Positions 1 through 12,281 of a stretch of DNA of 64,000 bases are shown piece by piece. Made by a program: the position numbers and the translations under genes. The stretch's first letter is position 1. The number at the start of each line of letters is the position of its first letter. The DNA lies in the NCBI GenBank assembly GCA_951406725.2, contig OX597819.1, forward strand, positions 51,026,001-51,090,000. The letters run 5' to 3'. The stretch comes from Octopus vulgaris. Taxonomy: Eukaryota. The notes under the pieces are model-generated. The model saw only the letters and a program-made list of their open reading frames with translations. It was not told the origin of the DNA and did no database searches.

Positions 1-58
1 ACCCTCTATAGAAACCTTGGGTCTATAGATGATGATAATGATGATGATGATGATGATG

Positions 59-90
<32 letters not shown>

Positions 91-453
91 TGATGGTGGA
101 ATTAATACTAAAAATAATAACAATTATTATCATTGCTGATGATGTTTTGTCGTTATGATCTGAAGCTTTTTGAATTGTAAATCTGTTTCTCATCAATCAA
201 ACACAGATGAGAGAAACAGCGCGACAATATATAAGCAAAGATGTTATAAAACACAGCATAACATGATTAATCACTGAGACATGACTGGATGGTGAGAAAG
301 CATTTGTAGATGCGTCACCATTCGTTTGTTCTATTATCACGCGCTGAAGACAAATCGTCGTATCAAAATGAATGCAGTTATGCGATAATCGGGGTAACGG
401 TGGTGCAATATCTTTGACTTTAATACTGATGTAGTTAATATTAGTTTCAAATG

Positions 454-655
454 TTTGCACAAGGCCAGGAACTTTTAGAGCTAAGTCGATAACATCGACC
501 ACAGTGCTTAAACAGGTATTTTTTTATCGACCCCCTACCAAAGGATATAAAAGGCAAAGTCGATCCAATCGGAATTTGATGTCAGAACGTAAAGACGGAC
601 GAAATGCCGTTAAGCATTTTGCCCGGTGTGCTAACGACTCTGCCTACTCACCGCC
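454..655 (-). mobile_element. tRNA-derived SINE family A (decayed, type-2 tail)
   Basis: Reverse complement of head GGCGGTGAG..GGCAGA..CGTTAGCAC and of central GACTTTGCCTTT..ATCC..GGGGTCGATAAA block shared with 11057-11290. Confidence 0.8.
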
Positions 656-884
656 CGCTGATATTGTTAATAGACAGTATTGTTAATTATATATATTATG
701 ATTACAGGGTCTTTTCCAATAACAACAATACAAAAAGTATATCATCCTTACAACGGTTTTTGTGCATTTACAGAGAATACCGAAATGTCTTACACAGGAT
801 CTTGTATTTAGGACTTCCCAATAAGTTATGAATACCCAAACTGTGAAGTCAGGTATGTAATAACATGAAATTAGTTACCCGATA

Positions 885-1455
885 GTAGGAATTCAAATAA
901 TGTAGCTTCGAAAAGGGCTTTAATGCGTTCCCAGAGTATATAGAACATAGGAGGAAATACTAATAAGTTATGTATACTAAAATCGTGGCGCATGTTACAT
1001 AATAACAATTCAAAGTAAATAATTTTGAAAAGGGCTTTTGTGCGTTCCCAGAGAATATTACCCTCAGGGGCGCTAGCGTTCGTATATTCGTGAATAATTC
1101 ACTAACCTAAATAAGTGGATCTATTGTTTAGGAAAATACTATTTACTTGTTTACGGGTTATGCTGTATAAATTGCAAAAATAGCTCTAACAGTTGAAATA
1201 CTAAGAAATAAGCACACTCGATTTAATTTTATATAAGGAAATTATATATAAAGAAATTATATATAAGAAAATTATATATAAGGATCCCTTTCAGGGGACC
1301 TCTTATCGATCTTTTCAACAATCTGAGTATGTCATGAAGTTTCCAGACATGAGTTCTACTCACGTGTCAAGTTTCATCAAAATCGATAAAACGATATAGG
1401 AGTTAGCTAACAACTCCACAAACACACCCACAGACAGAATTTCCATATATATATT
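885..1455 (-). mobile_element. Probable non-autonomous Helitron/HINE-like remnant
   Basis: 885-1127 is repeated at 2733-2977; right end AAGTTTCATCAAAATCG...CACAGACAGAATTTCCATATATATA resembles the ends of the clearer Helitron-type elements in this window. Confidence 0.4.
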
Positions 1456-2486
1456 ACCAAATGAATAAGTAACGGACGATACAATCGTTAATATAGTACG
1501 TATGTATATATACGTCAATGTGTGTGTGTGCGTACGTATAACGTATACATATATTAGTGTATATATATATAAATAAATGTATTTATATATACATATATAT
1601 ACATATATGTACATATACATAGATACGTGCGTACATACGTAGATACATGCGTACGCACGTACATGCATAAGTACATGAATATGTAGGCATAAATTACTCT
1701 TTAGTCACATGTAAATACGAAAATATGTTTAAATGTTTGTTTTTGTTATTGTTTGTCGTTGTGCGTATTTGGATAGGAAATGCATCCATTTGCTCGCGCA
1801 AATGTTTGCGTGTGCACAATTTTTCTGTTCTTGTGTCTGTTTGTCTCTCTCTAATACTCTCTCACTCTCTCTATCTGTGCGTGTGAGCGTGTGTGTGTGT
1901 GTGTTTGTACGCACACAATCATAATCATAATACACACACACACACATAATCATATATGTACATATTATATATCTATGTGTGTATACATATACAGACTTAC
2001 GTATTTATACATACACACACATACATACATATATGCGTGCGCATAATACATATATATTACCAGAGAGACACATACATATATATATGTGTGTGTATATATT
2101 TGTATAGGTTAATATTATTCTATTTACTGCTTTTATATAAAGCTTAATGAGATGATAATTCTCCGCCCATGGCTCCTATGTTATTTTTTGTTCTTTATTC
2201 TTTTTATCTTGATTTACATGTTTCAGTAGGTTTTATTTCCACGCTCTTTTCCCTCTCAACTGCTCTTTATTTGGGATCTCAGAAAAGGTTAATTGATAGA
2301 CCCTTCTTTGATTCTCAAAACCTCCCGACATTCGCTAGTGTTTTCATTTTCCCACAGTGTATCAAAGGAGTTATGTTATCTATGTCATATCGTTGACTTT
2401 TATATTATTGTACAACATATATTATATTTCATTATAATATACGTATGAGTTCGATGCCGGTGGTAATATGTGATCGGGCATTAAAA

Positions 2487-2640
2487 ACGGCAAGATGGCA
2501 GAAACGTTAGCACGCTGGGCAAAATGCTTAGCGGCATTTCGTCTGTGTTCAAAATCTGGTTGAGTTTGCCTCACCTTTTCGTGATCGATAGAGTAAGTAC
2601 CATTTGAGTACTGGGATCGATGTTATTGATTTACCCCCTC
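2487..2640 (+). mobile_element. SINE family A, partial
   Basis: GGCAGAAACGTTAGCACGCTGGGCAAAATGCTTAGCGGCATTTCGTCTG head. Confidence 0.75.
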
Positions 2641-2732
2641 ACATGTGATGCAAAAATATGGGAAGAAAACGTTGGATACCGCTGGTGTACAGCATACATT
2701 TTATTTCATTACATGAGGTCGATGGGGCGGTT

Positions 2733-2977
2733 GTAGGAATTCAAATAAAGTAGCATCGATAAGGGCTTTAATGCGTTCCCTGAGTATATAGAACATAAAA
2801 GGAAATACTAATGAGGTATGTATACTAAGATCGAGAAGCATGTTACGTAACAACAATTCAAAGTAAATAACTCTGGAAATGGCTTTTGTGCGTTCCCAGA
2901 CAATATTACCTTCAGGGGTGCTAGTGTTGGAGTATATTCGTGAATATGTCACTAACCAAATTAAGTGGATCTATTGT
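2733..2977. repeat. Second diverged copy of the 885-1127 block
   Basis: Colinear direct match from GTAGGAATTCAAATAA to AAGTGGATCTATTGT. Confidence 0.85.
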
Positions 2978-2984
2978 AATAGGG

Positions 2985-4110
2985 AGTTGGACAAAATATT
3001 TTGTGGTATTTATAGCTAAGTATATTCAGCATTCTGTTCCAAGTCCCATCAAGACCAATGCTATTCATATTGTCTGGGATAGATAAAATAAAGTACCTGT
3101 AAAAGCTTGGGTTCATATAAACGAGTGTTCCCGTCCTCTATTTTAAACCTTGTATTTTCGGAAGACATCAATGACGGTGGATTGGTAGAATCGTTAGAGT
3201 AACAAGCCAAATGCCTGGTGATATTTGATTTAGTAGTTTACTTTGCAAGTTCAAATCCGGTAAAGGCCTTCTATAGCTTTCATCTTGAAGATGCCGATAA
3301 AATAAAGTACCGATCGAGTACTGGGACTGATTTAATTGATAAGCACCACGCCTTAAATTGTAGTCGTGTGCCCATGTTAGAAATTGAGCTGGCAGAAACG
3401 TTAGCACGCCGGGCGAAATGCGTAGCCGTAATTCGTCTGCTGTTACGTTCTGAGGTCAAATTCCGCCGAATCGACTTTGCTTTTCATCCTTTCGGGGTCG
3501 ATAAATTAAGTACCAGTTACGCACTGGGGTCCATATAATCTGTCTTTGTTTGTCTCCTATGTGTTTAGCACCTTGTGAGTAGTAAAGAAATAGGTATTTC
3601 GTCTGCCGTTACGTTCTGAGTTCAAATTCCACCAAGAACGACTTTGCTTTTCATCCTTTCGGGGTCGATAAATTTAGTTCCAGTTGCGTAGTGGGGTCGA
3701 TGTAATCGACTTAATCCGTTTGACTGTCCTTGTTTGTCTCCTCTATGTTTAGCCCCTTGTGGGCAATAAAGAAATAAGAAATTATAATTTATACGATTGG
3801 CACCGACAATGGTAACAAAATTCCTGGCAGTGTTTTGTTCATTGGTACCAACATATTCTATGTTCGAATCACACCGAGGTCAATTTCATATTTGAAACTT
3901 TTTTGGTGTTGATAAGATATGTATCAAGAAGTCAAGTATTTAATTCTTTATTGCCCACAAGGGACTGAACATAATAACTGGTACTTATTTAATCGACCCC
4001 AACAGGATGGAAGGCAAAGTCGACCTCGGCGGAATTTGAACTCAGAACGTAGCGGAAGACGAAATACCGCTAAGCATTGGTGTCGATCTAATCAACCATT
4101 TCCCTACCCC
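2985..4110. mobile_element. Pile-up of about six SINE family A copies, including a head-to-tail dimer at 3386-3776 (+) and a minus copy at ~3945-4110
   Basis: Repeated GTTCTGAGTTCAAATTCC (B-box-like) and TTTCATCCTTTCGGGGTCGATAAAT..AGTACCAG blocks of differing divergence. Confidence 0.85.
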
Positions 4111-4303
4111 ACGACATATACTAGTGTATCCAAGTTAACCTTTTATCTCTTACCCTTTACGCGTTTCAGCCAATGGGCTGCGACCGCTAATTCCATTTCA
4201 ATAACCACAGAAGTCACAACGATCAATTTCTCATCTTCCACCAAAAATTAAAGTCGTTATTTGTTGACAAACGAAAGCCTTATAAATACCATATAAACCA
4301 ACA

Positions 4304-4310
4304 TCATCAT

Positions 4311-4400
<90 letters not shown>
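4304..4400. repeat. (CAT)n(CAG)n compound microsatellite
   Basis: Direct reading. Confidence 0.95.
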
Positions 4401-4403
<3 letters not shown>

Positions 4404-4418
4404 CAGGTTTCACTGAAT

Positions 4419-4811
4419 TGCTGTTGCTGTTGAGCGTAGTGGTCTTCATCCCAGAGCTCGCAAGATCGTGTCTTTGTTGTGGGAGAAGTCCGATACGAGG
4501 TCCTTTGCTATTCGTAAGATCCGCAGAAGAAAAAGCAGGTCAACCCCCGACACCGTGAGCATCGATGGATGGATGAATGCGCATCCAGGCTCAGCGGTTG
4601 CGTAGGAAGTCGGGACAAAAAACAGGAAGAAAGAGTGAGAGAAAGTTGGTGCGAAAGAGTACAACAGGGGTCGCCACCACCCCCTGCCGGAGCATCGTGG
4701 AGCTTTGGGTGTTTTCGCTCAATAAACACACACAACGCCCGGTCTGGGAATCGAAACCGCGATCCTCCGACCGCGAGTCCGCTGCTCTAACCATTGGGTC
4801 ATTACGCCTCC
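4419..4811 (-). mobile_element. tRNA-derived SINE family D
   Basis: Minus-strand head GAGGCGTAATGACCCAATGGTTAGAGCAGCGGAC...GGTTTCGATTCCC (A/B boxes); colinear second copy at 39910-40274; (AAC/AGC) tail. Confidence 0.85.
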
Positions 4812-5258
4812 ACTGCTGTTGCTGTTGTTTTCATTGTTGTTGGTTACGGGGTAGTAGTGTTGCTCTACTACTACTTCAACTTCTTTTTTTCTTTTTCTCC
4901 TCCCCTTCTCTCCGTCTTCGTCCTCCACCTTCAACTCCCTTTCCTCTTTTGTCTGCTCCCACCTTTTTTCTCCGACTCTATCCATTTCTACCATTACCTT
5001 CTGGCTTAAGTGAGAAGACGAACATTGACGATGATAGAAACGTTTGGTTCAGACTCGTCGCGCCAATTGACTCAACAAAGCCCGTGCTTTTATATGGGAA
5101 TGTTGTAACCACGGGCATCTCTGAATGGTGACCACGGGCATCTCTGATGTTGTGGTCCTAAATACCTACAAAGCTGCTTCATCGCCTGATGTGACGACGA
5201 AGTCTGTATTCCAAGATGGAGTGCAGCAGTCCCTTCAGTATGTGTTTACACGAAAACT

Positions 5259-5319
5259 CTTCTTCTTCTTCTTCTTCTTCTTCTTCTTCTTCTCTTCTAC
5301 TGCTACTACAACAACAACA

Positions 5320-5359
<40 letters not shown>

Positions 5360-6160
5360 TTCTTTTTCTTCCCCCTCTTCGTCTCTCTCCTCCTTTTTCT
5401 TCTCTTTTTCCTTTCCTCCTCCTCTTCCCCCTGCTCCTCCTCATCCTTCTCCTCCTTTTCCCCTCCTCCTCCTTCTTCCGCTTCTTCCACTTGTTCCTTC
5501 TCTTCTCCTTTATCCTTTTCTCCTTCCTCCTCTTCTTTTTCTTTTCTTCTTCTTCCTATTCTCCTCCCCCTTATTCTCCTTTTTCTCCTCCCCTTCCCCC
5601 TTTTCTCTTTCTTCGTATCTTTCTCCTACTTCTTTCTGCTTCTTCCTTCTTTATGTTCTTCCTCTTCTTCCTTTACTCCTCCTCATTCTTCTTTCACTTC
5701 TCCCCGCCTTTCTTCTTCTCTTTCTTCGTATTCTTTTCCTTTTTCTTTCTGCTTCTTCCTTCTTTACCTTCTTCCTCTTCTCCTCCTCCTTCTTCTTCCA
5801 CTTCTCCCCTCCTTTTTTCTTCTCTGTCTTCTTATTTTTCTCCTTCTTCTTTCTGCTTCTTCCTTCTTTACTTTCTTTCACTTCTTCTCCTTCTTTATCC
5901 TCTTCTCCACTTCTCCTTTTCTTCTTCTTTTTCTTCTTCTTCTTCTTCTTCTTCTTCTTCTTCTTCTTCTTCTTCTTCTTCTTCTTCTTCTCCTCCTCCT
6001 CCTCCTTCCCCTTCCTTCTGCTTTTACCCACTCTTTTTTCTTTTCTTCCCTCTTCCTACTTTTACTCATTCTTTTTCTGCCTTTTCTTCCCCCTCCTTCT
6101 TTTACTCACTCCTTTTCTATTTCTTCTTCTGCTTCTCCTCCTCCTGCTCCTCCATCTTCG
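5259..6160. repeat. ~900-bp polypyrimidine low-complexity tract (CTT/CCT) with an embedded (CAA)(CTA) array
   Basis: Almost exclusively C/T on the + strand. Confidence 0.95.
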
Positions 6161-6545
6161 TTCTTCAAAGTGCATCAAGCAAATGCATTACCCATCCATC
6201 CGATCACATGACTCGAATGCATGATTAATATAACACGCAAATGCAGATAAATAACAACGACAGCGACGACGACAATAACAAGATAATCCTGAGTGCAGGA
6301 TTCAGAGCATGTGACCTACACAAGATCATGACCACCGTATGCAGAGATCTGATGACCAGCAACACATTTATCCAATGAAAACTGTAGGTCCTTTATTTAG
6401 GAGAGACATTAGTGCAGCTACACCGGTGGTTTTGTCACGTCCATAGAAACGGCAAAACTTAGTTGACAGAGCAAATACTCTATTCACAATTATCTTGTAC
6501 GAAAAATCAGGATTGGCCACGACTGAGGAAGAATGATATAAGTCC

Positions 6546-6856
6546 CATGAATGATCATGGGATTGCACTTAAAAAGTTACCTTCCAAGGCACAAACCCGG
6601 GCAAGGTTGTTTATGGAAGACCAGCAGTCACCCATGCATACCAGCCTCCCCTCTTCACGCCCCCTATATTACCCAAGGGAAAGGGCAAGGCCAATACAAC
6701 TAGGCATCAGTAACGTCGCATCTCGTTTCTACAACTGAGTGAACTGGATCAGCGTGGAATACGATGTCTTGCTCAATAACACAACACAGCCCGGTCAAGG
6801 AATCGAATTCACTACCTCATGGTTGTGTGGATGATGCTCTAACCACTGAGCAATGC
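6546..6856 (-). mobile_element. tRNA-derived SINE family C
   Basis: Reverse complement of 28149-28485. Confidence 0.85.
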
Positions 6857-7079
6857 ATATATACTTATATGCATACATGCATACATGCGTACATACATAT
6901 GTATGTACCTTTGAAAATATATGAGTAATGATGAGTGAGTCATTAAGTGCCTCCCTACAAATATATATATATATACTCAATACAATGTACGTGTTTATGC
7001 ACAAACACGTATTTGTATGTGTTTGTGTATATATACAGGCACACACACACGCACACACACACGCACACACACACACATA

Positions 7080-7147
<68 letters not shown>

Positions 7148-7256
7148 AGCACACACACATATACATACATACACACATACATACTTACATACATACATAC
7201 ATAATATATACATACATATATACATAATACATACACACCTAATACATAGATACATA

Positions 7257-7420
7257 CATATACAACGTTTTACTTTCAGTTTCCATCTTTTAAATACAAT
7301 CAGAAGGTTCTCGTTAGACCAAAGCGAAGAGAAAAGGACGCTTGCCCAAGGCCCCACGCACGGACTGAAATCGGATCCTTGTGGTTGATACGCAAACTTT
7401 TAAACCACACAGCCACGCCT
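7257..7420 (-). mobile_element. SINE family B, 5' half
   Basis: AACCACACAGCCACGCCT and CTTGCCCAAGG match the reverse complement of the 48301 head. Confidence 0.7.
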
Positions 7421-7852
7421 ATATATACTTACATATGTTCACACATATAATATTCAGAGTAAAAAAAATGGAGAACGAAAAAAACAACATTGGCTTGGGT
7501 ACAGAAATCTTGAGAAGAAAAATTAGAAGGATAGGCGACGAAAAGGAGGAGTGGAAATAAAAAAAAAGAAAAGAAGGAAGTGAAATATAGAAGAATAAAA
7601 CAAAATAAACTAAAATGTAAGAAATATACGAATATATAAACGAAGTAAATAAAACAACAACAAAAAATAAACGCAAATACATAAAAAAAGAACTACAAAA
7701 AGATAAATTAGAATAGAGATAGCGTTGGAAAAACGAACGATAATGCATTTTACCCGGGATAAATAATAACTATAAAACGTAGTAATATATATATATATAT
7801 ATATATATGCCTATATCTATATATATCACATATATGTATGTCTCTCTCCCTC

Positions 7853-7980
<128 letters not shown>

Positions 7981-8022
7981 TATGTATATATGTATATATA
8001 CATATGTATATATACAAATATC

Positions 8023-8070
<48 letters not shown>

Positions 8071-8641
8071 TAAATGTATGTATGTAGAAACGTGGAATAA
8101 GATAAAGGCAGAAGTGTTGAAATCTCAGTTAAACTGCTGAAGTGCTATGAAGCACATCTCTCTGACGACATGCATACTATATAAGTTAATGTGCAAATCA
8201 TTGCCTTAAGATACGGTGCATCAAAATGATGCACATATAGATTTAATGCACGTATAAAGCGTAGGTCCACGGGTGCGTATGCGCATATTCACACGTTGGC
8301 ATGCATCCACATACAAAATATAGACAAAACATTGAGAAATAAGTACACACATATATATATATACATGTGCGTTGCCTACTCATGCTCTTGCCGGCGCTGG
8401 AGAAGCATATTAAATGGAAAAAAGACACGGGTTGTGGGAAGAGGAGGAAATGAGTATAAGAGATGCTTGTAGAATAAGCAAAATGCATTTATGTATGTAT
8501 GTGTGTGTATATATATACATACATGTATATACATATATATGTATAACATATATATATATATTTCACTCTGTATTCACTTTGAGGAAGGTCGGTATAAATG
8601 CATAAATTCACAAATGCTTATATACATGCATACGTATAGAC

Positions 8642-8695
<54 letters not shown>

Positions 8696-8881
8696 TAGCA
8701 GGGGGACAGGTAGTCACACATACACGCAATCAACACGTACATATAAGTGAAATATATACGCATATATGCTCATGTATGCGTGCGTCCATATACAGGCGTG
8801 CGTATGCTTGTACGCATATAATGATGTTTATATACATAGATATGCCCATACACATCCATGTATCCATATATATATATGTAT

Positions 8882-8959
<78 letters not shown>

Positions 8960-9372
8960 GCATGTATGAATGCAGGGAGAGTGAGATAAAATGAAAGAGA
9001 GAGTAGATAGGAAAAAAAAGAAAGCGAATGTATGAGATGGAGAATGAGCACTCGTAGATTGTTTTCTTAATACATGAATTTGTCTATGTAAGCAAGGGTA
9101 CTTAGATGCAGATAAAGATATAGACACACCTGTACGTAGGCACTTTGAATTTCTATGGCAACATCAATAATGTCACAACTACACCTAGGCTAATGAAATC
9201 TCTCTACCTCGGTTTATTTGAAATCAAAAATTTTTAGATTATAGCCTTCCTGAATATACCTACTTGCGATAGGATTTTTCTAACACTCTTTAGATTTATT
9301 TAGATCTGTTATCTCGTGCGTCGTTATAAACAATTTCTCTCGATTCCGTTCGTCAAGCGACTTATGACAAGC

Positions 9373-9641
9373 CGTAGCTGCCTGATCCAAAGATTGGTTT
9401 CCAGCCACATGGTTTCCAACCACATGGTTTCCGGTTCAGTCCTACCGCATGGCACCTTGGGCGCAAGTGTCCTCTTCTGTAGCCTCGGGCCGACCAAAGC
9501 CTGGTGAGTGGATTTGGTAGATGGAAACTGAAAGAAGCCCGTCGTATACATATACATAATATATATATATATATATGTATGTATGTATGTATGTATTTAT
9601 GTATGTATGTATGTATGTATGTATGTATGTATGTATGTATG

Positions 9642-9680
<39 letters not shown>

Positions 9681-9900
9681 GTGTGTGTGTGTCTTTGCGT
9701 CCATGTTTCTCCCCATCACCACTTGACAGCCGCTGTTGGTGTGTTCATGTCCCCATAACTTAGCGGTTCGACAAAAGAGAATAATAGAAATATCAGGTTA
9801 AAAAATGGTACTTGGGTCGATTAGTTTGATAAAATTTTTCCAGGCGGTGCCCCAGCATTGTCACAGCCTAATACCTGAAACAAGTAAAAGATAAAAGATA
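9373..9900 (+). mobile_element. SINE family B with internal microsatellite
   Basis: GGTTCAGTCC..GGCACCTTGGG..GGATTTGGTAGATGGAAACTGAAAGAAGCCCGTCG-[microsatellite]-..AACTTAGCGGTTCG..GAAACAAGTAAAAGATAAAAGAT. Confidence 0.85.
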
Positions 9901-9919
9901 CAAACACACACATACACAC

Positions 9920-9997
<78 letters not shown>

Positions 9998-10016
9998 GTA
10001 TGTATTGATAGATATA

Positions 10017-10195
10017 TCTTTTTATCTTTTATATTTTACTTGTTTCAATCGTTGGACTGCGGCCAAGCCGGGGCTCCATGTTGTACGGTTCAGTCAAACA
10101 AATCATTATAAGAAATTATTTTTGTTTTAATTTGGTTTTTATTCTAGCCCTCTCCGAACACTTCTTTTACCAAGACGTAAACAAACCAACACTGG
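10017..10195 (-). mobile_element. SINE family B, 3' part, inverted relative to 9373-9900
   Basis: TCTTTTATCTTTT..TTTTACTTGTTTCA..GACTGCGGCC is the reverse complement of the family tail. Confidence 0.7.
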
Positions 10196-10270
10196 AATTG
10201 TTCCGAAGTCAGTCGCCTATACGCCATGGAAACCGAGTAACCGACTTTATGTATCCCAGGAGTTAAAGTA

Positions 10271-10643
10271 AACAAGAGCACTCAGAGGAGTGCAAACATC
10301 CGCCAAGGCAACACCAACGTCCTCTCAACGATTAGCCAGAGATGATTTTTAAAATGAGAATATCTGAAAAAACTCGACTGCCCTCAAAAACGAGAATACT
10401 AAAAATGAACCCGGCCTCTCTAAAAAATTAAGTTAAAAAAAACGGGAAAATAATGCAGAATCCGTGTCCGGTACCAGATTGATACAAAAATTTAATCAGT
10501 TCGTGCCAGTCACGAGGCGAAACATCCATGAAAGTTTCATTTGAATCCATCCAGCGGTTCTTGAGATATCTTATCCACGGACAAAAAACAAACTAACAAC
10601 ACGACTGAAAACAATACCACTGCCATCGCCAAGGTGGAGGTAA
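10271..10643 (-). mobile_element. Helentron-associated (HINE/DINE-1-like) non-autonomous element
   Basis: Terminal hairpin GCACTC..GAGTGC, sub-terminal CCGCCAAGG motif, other end AAGGTGGAGGTAA; second copy at 49378-49853. Confidence 0.7.
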
Positions 10644-11056
10644 TAAATAAGTACATGAATAAATAAATAGATATGATAAATACTTAAATTCAAAGAAAAT
10701 ATAGATTAATATAGAAATGATCATATGACATCTCTAAAATACCACCTTGTATAACAGCATCAAATCACCTTAAGCGGAATTCGATCCGTGGCAAGAATTC
10801 TGATCAGACTCTTAATTCTGGGTTTCTCACTGCCCCTCTCATTTCTTGCAGATAACATCCTGCAGATTATGGAGTTGTACAGGAGTCCTACCGCTGACAC
10901 AGGTCTAAGATGACATGTAAAGGTTATAAGTACAGTCATTCCTTCTTTTCTTCTTCTTCTAAATAGAAAGAAAAAAATCGGAAGCGTAAGATATTATTAG
11001 TTTTATTGTCTTTTTATTACTTTGTTAGGACGAAAACCTGAATTTCGTAACTCTTT

Positions 11057-11290
11057 ATATATTTCTTTACTACCCACAAGGGGCTAAACACAGAGGGGAC
11101 AAACAAGGACAGACAGACGGATTAAGTCGATTACATCGACCCCAGTGCGTAACTGGTACTTAATTTATCGACCCCGAAAGAATGAAAGTCAAAGTCGACC
11201 TCGGCGGAATTTGAACTCAGAACGTAACAGCAGACGAAATACGGCTACGCATTTCGCCCGGCGTGCTAGCGTTTCTGCCAGCTCGCCGCC
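11057..11290 (-). mobile_element. Full-length young SINE family A (type-1 tail) with 14-bp TSD
   Basis: TTTCGTAACTCTTT at 11043-11056 and 11291-11304; intact tRNA-like head; central block resembles (from memory) the Meta-type SINE domain. Confidence 0.92.
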
Positions 11291-11574
11291 TTTCGTAACT
11301 CTTTTTAGGGTTTCTGAAACTAGAGGGAATGAGTGAGGTGACCTTATATCTCCGAACGGGCGCCATTGATTATAATTGAATGGGCCCCCGCTAAAGACGT
11401 TCAAGGAAAAAATGGCTTTGTTAAATAGGGTAACAGATTAATTCTACCAGCCAAATAGGCCAAAGCAAGACTGGAACTTGAAACGACACGAGTTCTCTGC
11501 CCTAGATTGGTTCTTTTAGTTATGATGTTAGCAAGATTTGAACACAAGGTGCATGAAAATGGAATATATATTCT

Positions 11575-11790
11575 TTTCTATTATCAGCAGAAGGCCCGAA
11601 ATTTTGTGGGGACGGGGATAATTGATTACATATACCCCAGTGATCAACTGGTACTTCTTTTATCGAACCCCTCTCCGAAAGGATGAAAGGCAAATTCCAC
11701 CTCGGTGGCATTTATATTCAGAATGTAAAAACGGACATAACGCTGCTAAACACCTTTGTCTGGCGTGATAACTATTCTGCCTGCTAACCA
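11575..11790 (-). mobile_element. SINE family A (type-2 tail), decayed
   Basis: AACTGGTACTT..TATCGA..CCGAAAGGATGAAAGGCAAA block. Confidence 0.75.
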
Positions 11791-12281
11791 TTTTAAACGC
11801 AGGGTAACATTAACTACATTTATCCTCCATATTTGACACGGTGACAGTTAACACGGTAGATGGAGGATCAACTGTAAAGTGGCTGTTAGTGATCGTCAGC
11901 AAGAGCAGCCAAGAAGCACCATATATCAGTTAATCCTCTGAAATTCTTATTACTGAAGGCTCTCATAGTTAAACATACAGTATACCATTTGCCTGTCAGG
12001 AACTAGTGCTGGCTGACCTGCGACTCTTTCCATTTTATTATCAAAGAAAACTGTATGAAACTTCTTTGCCTCGGCAACAATTGCTTCGTCGACCTCACTC
12101 CTCTATACAGCAGCAAAACAACCAAATCATAAGTAAATTTTGCCGATTCTTAAGCAATATAACTATCCTCTACAAGGCACTGAAACCATTTCACTATCAG
12201 AATATTTTTCCGAACTGGAATGACTGTCACAGCTTCCCAACACCAATCTACTTATGAATGTTGCGTAACATAATCAATGTA

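Noticed and set aside
5125-6228. 367-aa and 331-aa ORFs
   Set aside because: Open only because the C/T tract cannot encode stops; poly-F/S/L with no domain
10823-10925. Strong-looking splice acceptor (CTCAC..CCCCTCTCATTTCTTGCAG) and possible exon
   Set aside because: No convincing donor, stops within ~20 codons in all frames, no recognisable peptide
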